Below are positions 53,229 through 64,000 of a DNA stretch of 64,000 nucleotides, piece by piece. Each line of letters begins with the position of its first letter. The stretch's first letter is position 1. The position numbers and the translations under genes were made by a program. This stretch comes from Escherichia coli (lineage in GTDB: Bacteria; Pseudomonadota; Gammaproteobacteria; Enterobacterales; Enterobacteriaceae). The stretch is taken from the NCBI RefSeq assembly GCF_044324785.1, contig NZ_CP172129.1; one strand, written 5' to 3'. A model generated the notes under the pieces. The model had not been told where the DNA came from. It worked only from the letters and a program-made list of their open reading frames with translations, and did not search any database.

Positions 53229-56190
53229 GTTTTCCGGGCATCCGTAAGGGCCGAAACTTCCCGTCTTCCAGTCTGCGGCTCTGCCGCCAGACGTAATCGC
53301 CGGTTAGGTTGATGTGCTCCCAGCCCAGCGGCGACAGGAATTGCAGCAGCTCGCCGTCCACCGGCTTGCCGGCCTCGACCAACCCCTGGGTGGCGCGTTC
53401 CAGGTACACCGTGTTCCACAGCACGATAGCCGCCGTCACCAGGTTGAGGCCGCTGGCCCGGTAGCGCTGCTGCTCGAAGCTCCGATCCCTGATTTCCCCA
53501 AGGCGGTTGAAGAACACCGCCCTGGCCAGCGAGTTGCGCGCCTCACCTTTGTTCAGGCCGGCATGCACGCGGCGGCGCAGTTCAACACTTTGCAGCCAGT
53601 CCAGGATGAACAGCGTGCGCTCGATCCGGCCCAGCTCGCGCAGGGCCACGGCCAGTCCGTTCTGGCGCGGGTAGCTGCCGAGCTTGCGCAGCATCAGCGA
53701 GGCGGTGACGGTGCCCTGCTTGATCGAGCTGGCCAGGCGCAGGATGTCGTCCCAGTGGGCACGCACGTGCTTGATGTTCAGGGTGCCGCCGATCAGCGGG
53801 CGCAACGTCGGGTAGGCTTGCACGCCCTGCGGCACGTACAGCTTGGTTTCGCCGAGGTCGCGGATGCGCGGCGCGAAGCGGAAGCCTAGCAGGTGCATCA
53901 GGGCAAAGACGTGATCGGTGAAGCCGGCCGTGTCGGTGTAGTGCTCCTCGATCCGCAGGTCGGACTCGTGGTACAGCAGGCCGTCGAGCACATAGGTGGA
54001 ATCGCGGACGCCGACATTCACCACGCGGGTGCTGAACGGCGCGTACTGGTCGGAGATATGGGTATAGAACAGCCGTCCCGGCTCGCTACCGTACTTCGGG
54101 TTGACGTGCCCGGTGCTCTCGCCCCGGCCACCCGCGCGGAAGCGCTGGCCATCGGAGGATGAGGTCGTGCCGTCGCCCCAGTGGGCGGCAAAGGCGTGGC
54201 GATACTGGTGGTTGACCAGCTCGGCCAAGGCCGCCGAATAGGTTTCGTCGCGGATGTGCCAGGCTTGCAGCCAGGACAGCTTGGCGTAGGTCAGGCCGGG
54301 GCTCGACTCGGCCATCTTGGTCAGCCCGAGGTTGATCGCATCACCGAGGATTGCGGACAGCAGCAACGTCCTGTCTTTGGCCTCGGCCCCGTCCTTCAAG
54401 TGGGTGAAGTGGCGGCTGAAGCCCGTCCAGTCGTCCACGTCCATCAGCAGTTCGGTGATCTTGATGCGCGGCAGTAACTGGCTGGTTTGGTCGATCAGCG
54501 CCTGCGCCCGATCCGGCACCGCCGCATCCAGCGGGGTGATTTTCAGCCCTGACTCGGTGAGGATGGCATCGGGCAGCTCGTTGTCCTTGGCCAGGCGGGT
54601 GACGGTGGCCAACTGCTCGTCCAGCAGCTGCAAACGCTCTTCCAGGTACTGGTCGCTGTTCGGGTTGATCGCCAGGGGCAGGGCCTGCTCGCGCTTGAGT
54701 GCGGCGAACTTCTCGGCCGGCAGCAGGTAGTCGTCGAAGTCGCGGAACTGCCGCGAGCCCTTGACCCAGATGTCGCCGGAGCGCAGGGCGTTCTTCAGCT
54801 CGGACAGGGCGCAGATTTCGTAGAATTTCCGGTCGAGGCCTTCCGGGGTGATCACCAGCGGCTTCCAGCGCGGCTTGATGAAGGCCGTGGGTGCATCGGC
54901 CGGCACCTTGCGCAGGTTGTCGGCGTTCATCTCACGCAGGGTCTGCACGGCTGCCAGCACGCCTTGCGCGGCCGGCGCGGCGCGCAGTTCCAGCACCTCC
55001 AGCAAGGCCGGCGTGTAACGGCGCAGGGTGGCGAAGTTCTCGCCGACCAGGTGCAGGTGGTCGAAGCCTTCCGGCCGGGCCAGCAGCTCGGCCTCGCTGA
55101 CGCTCTCGGTGAACTCGTCCCAGGGAATCACCGCCTCGATGGCGGCATAGGGGTCGCTGCCGCTTTCCTTCGCTTCCAGCAGCGCCTGGCCGATCCTGGA
55201 GTACAGGCGCACCTTGTCGTTGATCGCCTTGCCCTGCTTCTGGAACTGCTGCTGATGCTTGTGCTTCGCGCCGCTGAACAGCTTGACCAGGATGCGGTCA
55301 TGCAGATCGACCAGCTCATCGATCACGGTCGCGGTGCTCTCCAGCACCACGGCGGCCAGGGTCGCGTAGCGGCGCTGCGGCTCGAACTTACCGAGGTCTT
55401 TGGGCGTCATCTGCCCACCCTCGCGGGCCAGCTTGAGCAGGCGGTTCTGGTGGATGTGCCGGCCCAGGCCTTCGGGCAAGTCCACCAACTGAAATGTCTT
55501 CAGCCGCTCGATGTGTTCCAGCATGTGCCGAGAGTTGGGTTTCAGCGGTGCCTGGCGCAGCCAGGTCAACCAGGTGATGCTGCTGCCGGCCTTGAGCTTC
55601 AACAGCTCGTCCAGCTTGGCCCGATGCGAGTCCGTGAGTGGTTCGACCAGGGCGCGGTAGACCCGCCGATTGGCTCGCGCAATGGCTTCCGAGCAGGCCC
55701 GGTCAATCACGCTCAGCGCCGGCAGGATGCGTCGTTTCTGCCGTAGGCTCTCCAGGGCCTGACCGGCCAGCAGCAAGCCTTTGTCGGTCTGCTGGGCCAG
55801 CTCGGTTAGCTCGCGCACCAGGGCGCGGAAGTCGGACAGGCCGAACGGGGCCAGTTGCAGGTAGGTGCGCAGTTCCTGGGCATGCTCGCGACGGGTCACG
55901 TCGCGCTCGCCGTACTTTGCCCAGCTCGCCGGCTCGGCCTGGACTTGCTTCGCCACCCACAGGATGACCGGCTCGGGCAGCTCGCTGTCGGTTCCCAGCG
56001 CGTAACCGGGGTAGCGCAGCAGGCAGAGCTGCACGGCGAAGCCGAGGCGGTTGGCGTCGCCGCGTCGCTGGCGGATCAGCGACAGGTCGGAGTCGTTGAA
56101 GGTGTAGTAGCGGATCAGGTCATCCTGGCTTTCCGGCAGCGCAAGCAGGGTGTCCCGCTCCGTGGCCGAGAGGATCAAGCGACGCGGCAT
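53224..56190 (-). CDS. tnpA: Tn21-family transposase TnpA
   Basis: 988-aa ORF with DDE transposase of the Tn3 family. Confidence 0.9.
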   Translation of the reverse strand: MPRRLILSATERDTLLALPESQDDLIRYYTFNDSDLSLIRQRRGDANRLGFAVQLCLLRYPGYALGTDSELPEPVILWVAKQVQAEPASWAKYGERDVTRREHAQELRTYLQLAPFGLSDFRALVRELTELAQQTDKGLLLAGQALESLRQKRRILPALSVIDRACSEAIARANRRVYRALVEPLTDSHRAKLDELLKLKAGSSITWLTWLRQAPLKPNSRHMLEHIERLKTFQLVDLPEGLGRHIHQNRLLKLAREGGQMTPKDLGKFEPQRRYATLAAVVLESTATVIDELVDLHDRILVKLFSGAKHKHQQQFQKQGKAINDKVRLYSRIGQALLEAKESGSDPYAAIEAVIPWDEFTESVSEAELLARPEGFDHLHLVGENFATLRRYTPALLEVLELRAAPAAQGVLAAVQTLREMNADNLRKVPADAPTAFIKPRWKPLVITPEGLDRKFYEICALSELKNALRSGDIWVKGSRQFRDFDDYLLPAEKFAALKREQALPLAINPNSDQYLEERLQLLDEQLATVTRLAKDNELPDAILTESGLKITPLDAAVPDRAQALIDQTSQLLPRIKITELLMDVDDWTGFSRHFTHLKDGAEAKDRTLLLSAILGDAINLGLTKMAESSPGLTYAKLSWLQAWHIRDETYSAALAELVNHQYRHAFAAHWGDGTTSSSDGQRFRAGGRGESTGHVNPKYGSEPGRLFYTHISDQYAPFSTRVVNVGVRDSTYVLDGLLYHESDLRIEEHYTDTAGFTDHVFALMHLLGFRFAPRIRDLGETKLYVPQGVQAYPTLRPLIGGTLNIKHVRAHWDDILRLASSIKQGTVTASLMLRKLGSYPRQNGLAVALRELGRIERTLFILDWLQSVELRRRVHAGLNKGEARNSLARAVFFNRLGEIRDRSFEQQRYRASGLNLVTAAIVLWNTVYLERATQGLVEAGKPVDGELLQFLSPLGWEHINLTGDYVWRQSRRLEDGKFRPLRMPGKP

Positions 56191-56193
56191 GTG

Positions 56194-56754
56194 TCAGTCG
56201 TCCGTGCGGAGGTACTGGTAGAGGGTTTCCCGGCTGATGTTGAACTCGCGGGCAAGCTGCGCCTTGGGCTCGCCGGCCGTCGCTCGCTGCCGCAGGGTAG
56301 CAGCCTGCTCATCGGACAGGGCTTTCTTGCGGCCCCGGTACGCGCCACGCTGCTTGGCCAAGGCGATGCCCTCACGCTGCCGCTCGCGGATCAGGGCGCG
56401 CTCGAACTCAGCGAAGGCCCCCATCACCGACAGCATCAGGTTGGCCATCGGCGAGTCCTCGCCAGTGAACACCAGGCCCTCCTTCAGGAACTCGATGCGC
56501 ACGCCGCGCTGAGTCAGCTTCTGTACCAAGCGACGCAGGTCATCGAGGTTGCGGGCCAGCCGATCCATGCTGTGCACCACCACTGTATCGCCTTCGCGGA
56601 CGAAGCTCAGCAGCGCTTCGAGCTGGGGGCGCTGGGTGTCCTTGCCCGATGCCTTGTCGGTGAACACCTTGCTCACCTGGGTTTGTTCCAGCTGGCGTTC
56701 CGGGTTCTGGTCAAAGCTGCTGACCCGGACGTAGCCGATGCGGTGCCCCTGCAC
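56194..56754 (-). CDS. tnpR: Tn21-family resolvase TnpR (serine recombinase)
   Basis: 186-aa ORF MQGHRIGYVRVSSFDQNPERQ… with catalytic serine region and C-terminal HTH. Confidence 0.9.
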   Translation of the reverse strand: MQGHRIGYVRVSSFDQNPERQLEQTQVSKVFTDKASGKDTQRPQLEALLSFVREGDTVVVHSMDRLARNLDDLRRLVQKLTQRGVRIEFLKEGLVFTGEDSPMANLMLSVMGAFAEFERALIRERQREGIALAKQRGAYRGRKKALSDEQAATLRQRATAGEPKAQLAREFNISRETLYQYLRTDD

Positions 56755-56929
56755 GATGTCTCCTTGGTTGAAGGCGGCTTAAGTGCACTTTCTGTTCCGT
56801 TGTGCCTCAAAGCCCATTTCTGTCAGGCTGAAATCTATAACCTTCGCGGGCATGTGTCAAAAAATGGGAAAGCAGACTCTATTCTGACGAAGCGGCGCGG
56901 CCCTGCCTGACATCAAGTTAGGGTATGCC
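56755..56929. promoter_or_regulatory. res (resolution) site region between tnpR and tnpM
   Basis: Position immediately upstream of tnpR as in Tn21; sub-sites not individually mapped. Confidence 0.5.
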
Positions 56930-57280
56930 TCAACCTGACGGCGGCGAATCACAAGCGTCCGGTTTGACGCTGGTTTCGGTCGCAGTGCTGGCCCGCGCCT
57001 GGAAGCGCTGATAGCACTCCAGCCCGCAGAAATGCTCCACGTACTCGGCCCCTTCCGGCGTGAAGGCGGCATCGAGCGGGATTTCCTTGCAGCACACGCA
57101 GCAACTGGTGCTCGGTTCATTGGCGTTCATGGTGGTGTTCCTCCATTGGTTGACGAAGCCGACGAAGGCCGCCGCCGGCATCGGCCTGGCGAACAGGAAA
57201 CCCTGCACCGTGTCGCAACCCGCCTGCCGCAACCACGCAAGGCAGTCGGGTGTTTCCACACCCTCGGCTACCACCTCCAT
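56930..57280 (-). CDS. tnpM: TnpM (urf2M), Tn21 transposition modulator
   Basis: 116-aa ORF starting [19 protein letters not shown]…, ending adjacent to res and beginning at IRi. Confidence 0.7.
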
Positions 57281-57305
57281 TGTCGTTTTCAGAAGACGGC
57301 TGCAC
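57281..57305. repeat. IRi, 25-bp inverted repeat at the intI1 end of the class 1 integron
   Basis: TGTCGTTTTCAGAAGACGGCTGCAC. Confidence 0.8.
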
Positions 57306-57482
57306 TGAACGTCAGAAGCCGACTGCACTATAGCAGCGGAGGGGTTGGATCCATCAGGCAACGACGGGCTGCTGCCGGCCATCAGCGGACGCAGGGAGGA
57401 CTTTCCGCAACCGGCCGTTCGATGCGGCACCGATGGCCTTCGCGCAGGGGTAGTGAATCCGCCAGGATTGACTTGCGCTGCC

Positions 57483-58496
57483 CTACCTCTCACTAGTGAG
57501 GGGCGGCAGCGCATCAAGCGGTGAGCGCACTCCGGCACCGCCAACTTTCAGCACATGCGTGTAAATCATCGTCGTAGAGACGTCGGAATGGCCGAGCAGA
57601 TCCTGCACGGTTCGAATGTCGTAACCGCTGCGGAGCAAGGCCGTCGCGAACGAGTGGCGGAGGGTGTGCGGTGTGGCGGGCTTCGTGATGCCTGCTTGTT
57701 CTACGGCACGTTTGAAGGCGCGCTGAAAGGTCTGGTCATACATGTGATGGCGACGCACGACACCGCTCCGTGGATCGGTCGAATGCGTGTGCTGCGCAAA
57801 AACCCAGAACCACGGCCAGGAATGCCCGGCGCGCGGATACTTCCGCTCAAGGGCGTCGGGAAGCGCAACGCCGCTGCGGCCCTCGGCCTGGTCCTTCAGC
57901 CACCATGCCCGTGCACGCGACAGCTGCTCGCGCAGGCTGGGTGCCAAGCTCTCGGGTAACATCAAGGCCCGATCCTTGGAGCCCTTGCCCTCCCGCACGA
58001 TGATCGTGCCGTGATCGAAATCCAGATCCTTGACCCGCAGTTGCAAACCCTCACTGATCCGCATGCCCGTTCCATACAGAAGCTGGGCGAACAAACGATG
58101 CTCGCCTTCCAGAAAACCGAGGATGCGAACCACTTCATCCGGGGTCAGCACCACCGGCAAGCGCCGCGACGGCCGAGGTCTTCCGATCTCCTGAAGCCAG
58201 GGCAGATCCGTGCACAGCACCTTGCCGTAGAAGAACAGCAAGGCCGCCAATGCCTGACGATGCGTGGAGACCGAAACCTTGCGCTCGTTCGCCAGCCAGG
58301 ACAGAAATGCCTCGACTTCGCTGCTGCCCAAGGTTGCCGGGTGACGCACACCGTGGAAACGGATGAAGGCACGAACCCAGTGGACATAAGCCTGTTCGGT
58401 TCGTAAGCTGTAATGCAAGTAGCGTATGCGCTCACGCAACTGGTCCAGAACCTTGACCGAACGCAGCGGTGGTAACGGCGCAGTGGCGGTTTTCAT
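57483..58496 (-). CDS. intI1: Class 1 integron integrase IntI1
   Basis: 337-aa [52 protein letters not shown]…. Confidence 0.95.
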
Positions 58497-58651
58497 GGCT
58501 TGTTATGACTGTTTTTTTGTACAGTCTATGCCTCGGGCATCCAAGCAGCAAGCGCGTTACGCCGTGGGTCGATGTTTGATGTTATGGAGCAGCAACGATG
58601 TTACGCAGCAGGGCAGTCGCCCTAAAACAAAGTTAACCCGGAACCAAAATT
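58497..58651. other. attI1 recombination site and cassette promoter region (5'-conserved segment)
   Basis: …GCCCTAAAACAAAGTTA… junction immediately before the first cassette. Confidence 0.7.
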
Positions 58652-59125
58652 GTGAAAGTATCATTAATGGCTGCAAAAGCGAAAAACGGAGTGATTGGTT
58701 GCGGTCCACACATACCCTGGTCCGCGAAAGGAGAGCAGCTACTCTTTAAAGCCTTGACGTACAACCAGTGGCTTTTGGTGGGCCGCAAGACGTTCGAATC
58801 TATGGGAGCACTCCCTAATAGGAAATACGCGGTCGTTACTCGCTCAGCCTGGACGGCCGATAATGACAACGTAATAGTATTCCCGTCGATCGAAGAGGCC
58901 ATGTACGGGCTGGCTGAACTCACCGATCACGTTATAGTGTCTGGTGGCGGGGAGATTTACAGAGAAACATTGCCCATGGCCTCTACGCTCCATATATCGA
59001 CGATTGATATTGAGCCGGAAGGAGATGTTTTCTTTCCGAATATTCCCAATACCTTCGAAGTTGTTTTTGAGCAACACTTTAGCTCAAACATTAACTATTG
59101 CTATCAAATTTGGCAAAAGGGTTAA
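58652..59125 (+). CDS. dfrA5: Trimethoprim-resistant dihydrofolate reductase cassette, DfrA5-like (possibly DfrA14)
   Basis: 157-aa ORF with GTG start, [40 protein letters not shown]…; first cassette after attI1. Confidence 0.8.
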   Translation: MKVSLMAAKAKNGVIGCGPHIPWSAKGEQLLFKALTYNQWLLVGRKTFESMGALPNRKYAVVTRSAWTADNDNVIVFPSIEEAMYGLAELTDHVIVSGGGEIYRETLPMASTLHISTIDIEPEGDVFFPNIPNTFEVVFEQHFSSNINYCYQIWQKG

Positions 59126-59202
59126 CAAAGCTATGCAATTGACGGTAAAAAGCTTCGTTCGCTTCGCTTGCTACGCTTCTTACCGCAATTGATAACGGCG
59201 TT
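59126..59202. other. attC (59-base element) of the dfrA cassette, followed by about 21 bp of 3'-conserved segment before IS26
   Basis: Imperfect palindrome ending in core GTTAGAT; then GCACTAAGCACATAATTG (start of 3'-CS) abutting the IS26 end. Confidence 0.6.
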
Positions 59203-59223
59203 AGATGCACTAAGCACATAATT

Positions 59224-60383
<1,160 letters not shown>

Positions 60384-60553
60384 TACGCCTATTTTTATAG
60401 GTTAATGTCATGATAATAATGGTTTCTTAGACGTCAGGTGGCACTTTTCGGGGAAATGTGCGCGGAACCCCTATTTGTTTATTTTTCTAAATACATTCAA
60501 ATATGTATCCGCTCATGAGACAATAACCCTGGTAAATGCTTCAATAATATTGA

Positions 60554-61426
<873 letters not shown>

Positions 61427-61535
61427 CTGTCAGACCAAGTTTACTCATATATACTTTAGATTGATTTAAAACTTCATTTTTAATTTAAAAGGATCTAGGT
61501 GAAGATCCTTTTTGATAATCTCATGACCAAAATCC

Positions 61536-61573
61536 CTTAACGTGAGTTTTCGTTCCACTGAGCGTCAGACCCC
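61536..61573. repeat. 38-bp terminal inverted repeat of Tn2/Tn3 (bla end)
   Basis: CTTAACGTGAGTTTTCGTTCCACTGAGCGTCAGACCCC. Confidence 0.9.
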
Positions 61574-61575
61574 TT

Positions 61576-61960
61576 ATGGCAGAGCAGGGAAAGGAATTGC
61601 CGGGCTATGTGCAACGGGAATTTGAAGAATTTCTCCAATGCGGGCGGCTGGAGCATGGCTTTCTACGGGTTCGCTGCGAGTCTTGCCACGCCGAGCACCT
61701 GGTCGCTTTCAGCTGTAAGCGTCGCGGTTTCTGCCCGAGCTGTGGGGCGCGGCGGATGGCCGAAAGTGCCGCCTTGCTGGTTGATGAAGTACTGCCTGAA
61801 CAACCCATGCGTCAGTGGGTGTTGAGCTTCCCGTTTCAGCTGCGTTTCCTGTTTGGGGTCGTTTGCGGGAAGGGGCGGAATCCTACGCTAAGGCTTTGGC
61901 CAGCGATATTCTCCGGTGAGATTGATGTGTTCCCAGGGGATAGGAGAAGTCGCTTGATAT
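61576..61960 (+). pseudogene. N-terminal fragment of an IS91-family-like transposase (zinc-ribbon domain), truncated by IS26
   Basis: ORF …GRLEHGFLRVRCESCHAEHLVAFSCKRRGFCPSCGARRMAESAALLVDE… with Cys/His cluster typical of IS91-family N-termini; ends at the IS26 terminus. Confidence 0.5.
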
Positions 61961-62780
61961 GGCACTGTTGCAAATAGTCGGTGGTGATAAACTTATCATC
62001 CCCTTTTGCTGATGGAGCTGCACATGAACCCATTCAAAGGCCGGCATTTTCAGCGTGACATCATTCTGTGGGCCGTACGCTGGTACTGCAAATACGGCAT
62101 CAGTTACCGTGAGCTGCAGGAGATGCTGGCTGAACGCGGAGTGAATGTCGATCACTCCACGATTTACCGCTGGGTTCAGCGTTATGCGCCTGAAATGGAA
62201 AAACGGCTGCGCTGGTACTGGCGTAACCCTTCCGATCTTTGCCCGTGGCACATGGATGAAACCTACGTGAAGGTCAATGGCCGCTGGGCGTATCTGTACC
62301 GGGCCGTCGACAGCCGGGGCCGCACTGTCGATTTTTATCTCTCCTCCCGTCGTAACAGCAAAGCTGCATACCGGTTTCTGGGTAAAATCCTCAACAACGT
62401 GAAGAAGTGGCAGATCCCGCGATTCATCAACACGGATAAAGCGCCCGCCTATGGTCGCGCGCTTGCTCTGCTCAAACGCGAAGGCCGGTGCCCGTCTGAC
62501 GTTGAACACCGACAGATTAAGTACCGGAACAACGTGATTGAATGCGATCATGGCAAACTGAAACGGATAATCGGCGCCACGCTGGGATTTAAATCCATGA
62601 AGACGGCTTACGCCACCATCAAAGGTATTGAGGTGATGCGTGCACTACGCAAAGGCCAGGCCTCAGCATTTTATTATGGTGATCCCCTGGGCGAAATGCG
62701 CCTGGTAAGCAGAGTTTTTGAAATGTAAGGCCTTTGAATAAGACAAAAGGCTGCCTCATCGCTAACTTTGCAACAGTGCC
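61961..62780 (+). mobile_element. IS26 (820 bp), copy 2, inverted relative to copy 1
   Basis: GGCACTGTTGCAAA at 61961 and TTTGCAACAGTGCC at 62767-62780. Confidence 0.95.
62024..62728 (+). CDS. tnp26: IS26 transposase Tnp26
   Basis: Protein sequence identical to copy 1. Confidence 0.95.
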   Translation: MNPFKGRHFQRDIILWAVRWYCKYGISYRELQEMLAERGVNVDHSTIYRWVQRYAPEMEKRLRWYWRNPSDLCPWHMDETYVKVNGRWAYLYRAVDSRGRTVDFYLSSRRNSKAAYRFLGKILNNVKKWQIPRFINTDKAPAYGRALALLKREGRCPSDVEHRQIKYRNNVIECDHGKLKRIIGATLGFKSMKTAYATIKGIEVMRALRKGQASAFYYGDPLGEMRLVSRVFEM

Positions 62781-63238
62781 CTCTTGTCCTCGTCCGGTAA
62801 GAAGTCGGGATTGACGGCATTGCGGGACACCACATCAACGGCGCGTCCGAACATTCGCGACAGCCTGCGCTCAAACGGACATTGATCAACCGATAGGCTG
62901 TGAACAGCGCCAAGTTGCTGCCCCATTGACGGCCACGCTTTGAGCAAATCCGCTCCAGACAGATCAGCCGCCGGTACTCCCGGAATTGCCGTTATCACCA
63001 AGCATGCACCCTCCTGTTCCTCCTGCCAGTTGATGACCTCGGGGCAAGCCACACCTCGACCTTTGAGCCAAATGAGGCGGTCACGCTCTCCAGCGAGCTC
63101 ACCGCGGCGGGAAGCAGGTGCGATTTTCGCGAAGGCATGCCCGTCACCACGTCGAAAAACAAAATCACCAGATTCTCCGCCTCTGACAGGCAACCAGTCA
63201 GAATGCGATTCACCAAAAAAAATATTAGTTCGATTCAA
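62781..63238 (-). pseudogene. strA: strA / aph(3'')-Ib, 5' portion only (about 153 codons), 3' end removed by IS26
   Basis: MNRTNIFFGESHSDWLPVRGGESGDFVFRRGDGHAFAKIAPASRRGELAGERDRLIWLKG… then …DEDK fused to IS26 sequence. Confidence 0.9.
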
Positions 63239-63298
63239 TGGAGGTTCCTTCAGTTTTCTGATGAAGCGCGAATATAGAGAAATATCCCGAATGTGCAG

Positions 63299-64000
63299 TT
63301 AACGAATTCTTGCGGTTTCTTTTAGCGCCGCCAATACCGCCAGCCCGTCGCGCAAGGGGCGCGGCTCGTGTGTGCGGATGAAGTCAGCTCCACCTGCGGC
63401 GGCGGCAAGCTCTGCAGCGAGTGTCGCGGCCCCGACATCCCCCGGACCACGGCCTGTGAGCGCGCGCAGAAAGGATTTGCGCGAAACAGACAGAAGCACC
63501 GGCAAATCGAAGCGCAGCCGCAATTCATCGAACCGCGCCAGCACCGAGAGCGAGGTTTCGGGAGCAGCCCCCAGAAAAAACCCCATGCCGGGATCAAGGA
63601 CAAGGCGGTTGCGTTTGATACCGGCACCCGTCAGCGCCGCGATGCGCGCGTCAAAGAACGCCGCAATGTGATCCATGATGTCGCCAGCGGGTGCCTCGCG
63701 CCGATCTGCCTGCCCGTCTTGCACCGAATGCATAACGACGAGTTTGGCAGATGATTTCGCCAATTGCGGATAGAACGCAGCGTCTGGAAAACCGCGAATA
63801 TCATTGAGATAGGCCACACCACGCGACAAGGCATAGGCTTGCGTCGCGGGTTGATAACTGTCGAGCGAGACGGGAATGCCATCTGCCTTGAGCGCGTCCA
63901 GCACCGGCGCGATACGCTCGATTTCTGTGTCGGACGAAACAGGCGCGGCGTCGGGGTTGCTGGATGCCGGACCGAGGTCGATCACATCTGCCCCCTCGGC
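63299..64000 (-). CDS. sul2: Sul2 sulfonamide-resistant dihydropteroate synthase; 5' end lies beyond the window
   Basis: …DLGPASSNPDAAPVSSDTEIERIAPVLDALKADGIPVSLDSYQPATQAYALSRGVAYLNDIRGFP…; the reading frame continues to the window edge. Confidence 0.9.
   Translation of the reverse strand, partial: AEGADVIDLGPASSNPDAAPVSSDTEIERIAPVLDALKADGIPVSLDSYQPATQAYALSRGVAYLNDIRGFPDAAFYPQLAKSSAKLVVMHSVQDGQADRREAPAGDIMDHIAAFFDARIAALTGAGIKRNRLVLDPGMGFFLGAAPETSLSVLARFDELRLRFDLPVLLSVSRKSFLRALTGRGPGDVGAATLAAELAAAAGGADFIRTHEPRPLRDGLAVLAALKETARIR

Larger units (their letters stand above)
53191..59223 (-). mobile_element. Tn21-family (Tn3 superfamily) transposon portion: terminal repeat, tnpA, tnpR, res, tnpM and a class 1 integron; truncated by IS26
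   Basis: 38-bp terminal repeat at 53191-53228 followed by tnpA/tnpR/tnpM/intI1 in the Tn21 order. Confidence 0.8.

Noticed and set aside
53314-56910. Multiple long plus-strand ORFs (for example 54964-55746 and 55855-56910) within tnpA and tnpR
   Set aside because: Antisense to the Tn21-family transposase and resolvase; high GC content produces long open frames; Arg/Ala/Gly/Pro-rich translations lack domain features.

Overview
This window reads as a mosaic IncF-type ColV-like virulence plasmid segment joined to a multidrug-resistance region. From left to right: RepFIB replicon (repA, iterons, int); mig-14/hlyF/ompT; IS629 and IS3-family scars; etsABC efflux operon; an IS-rich island (IS200 remnant, disrupted transposases, IS2 fragment, IS110-family fragment, intact IS2) carrying an AbiJ-like HEPN gene and a CobW-family GTPase; iss inside a lambda Rz/Rz1 remnant; the salmochelin locus iroBCDEN; an aroG-like DAHP synthase; colicin V genes (cvaA, cvaB interrupted by IS903 with a 9-bp target duplication, cvaC, cvi); colicin Ia (cia) with its immunity gene, a DnaQ-like exonuclease and a ParE/RHH toxin-antitoxin pair; then a Tn21-family module (tnpA, tnpR, res, tnpM, intI1, dfrA5-like cassette) cut by IS26, an IS26-bounded Tn2 fragment with blaTEM-1, and sul2 with a truncated strA. 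The strongest candidate for something not previously described is the AbiJ-like HEPN gene at 15729-16670, a possible single-gene phage-defence protein. A second notable feature is a decayed paralogous copy (38245-39665) of the module that flanks the colicin Ia cassette. All calls rest on reading the ORF translations and sequence motifs against remembered protein families; no database search was run.
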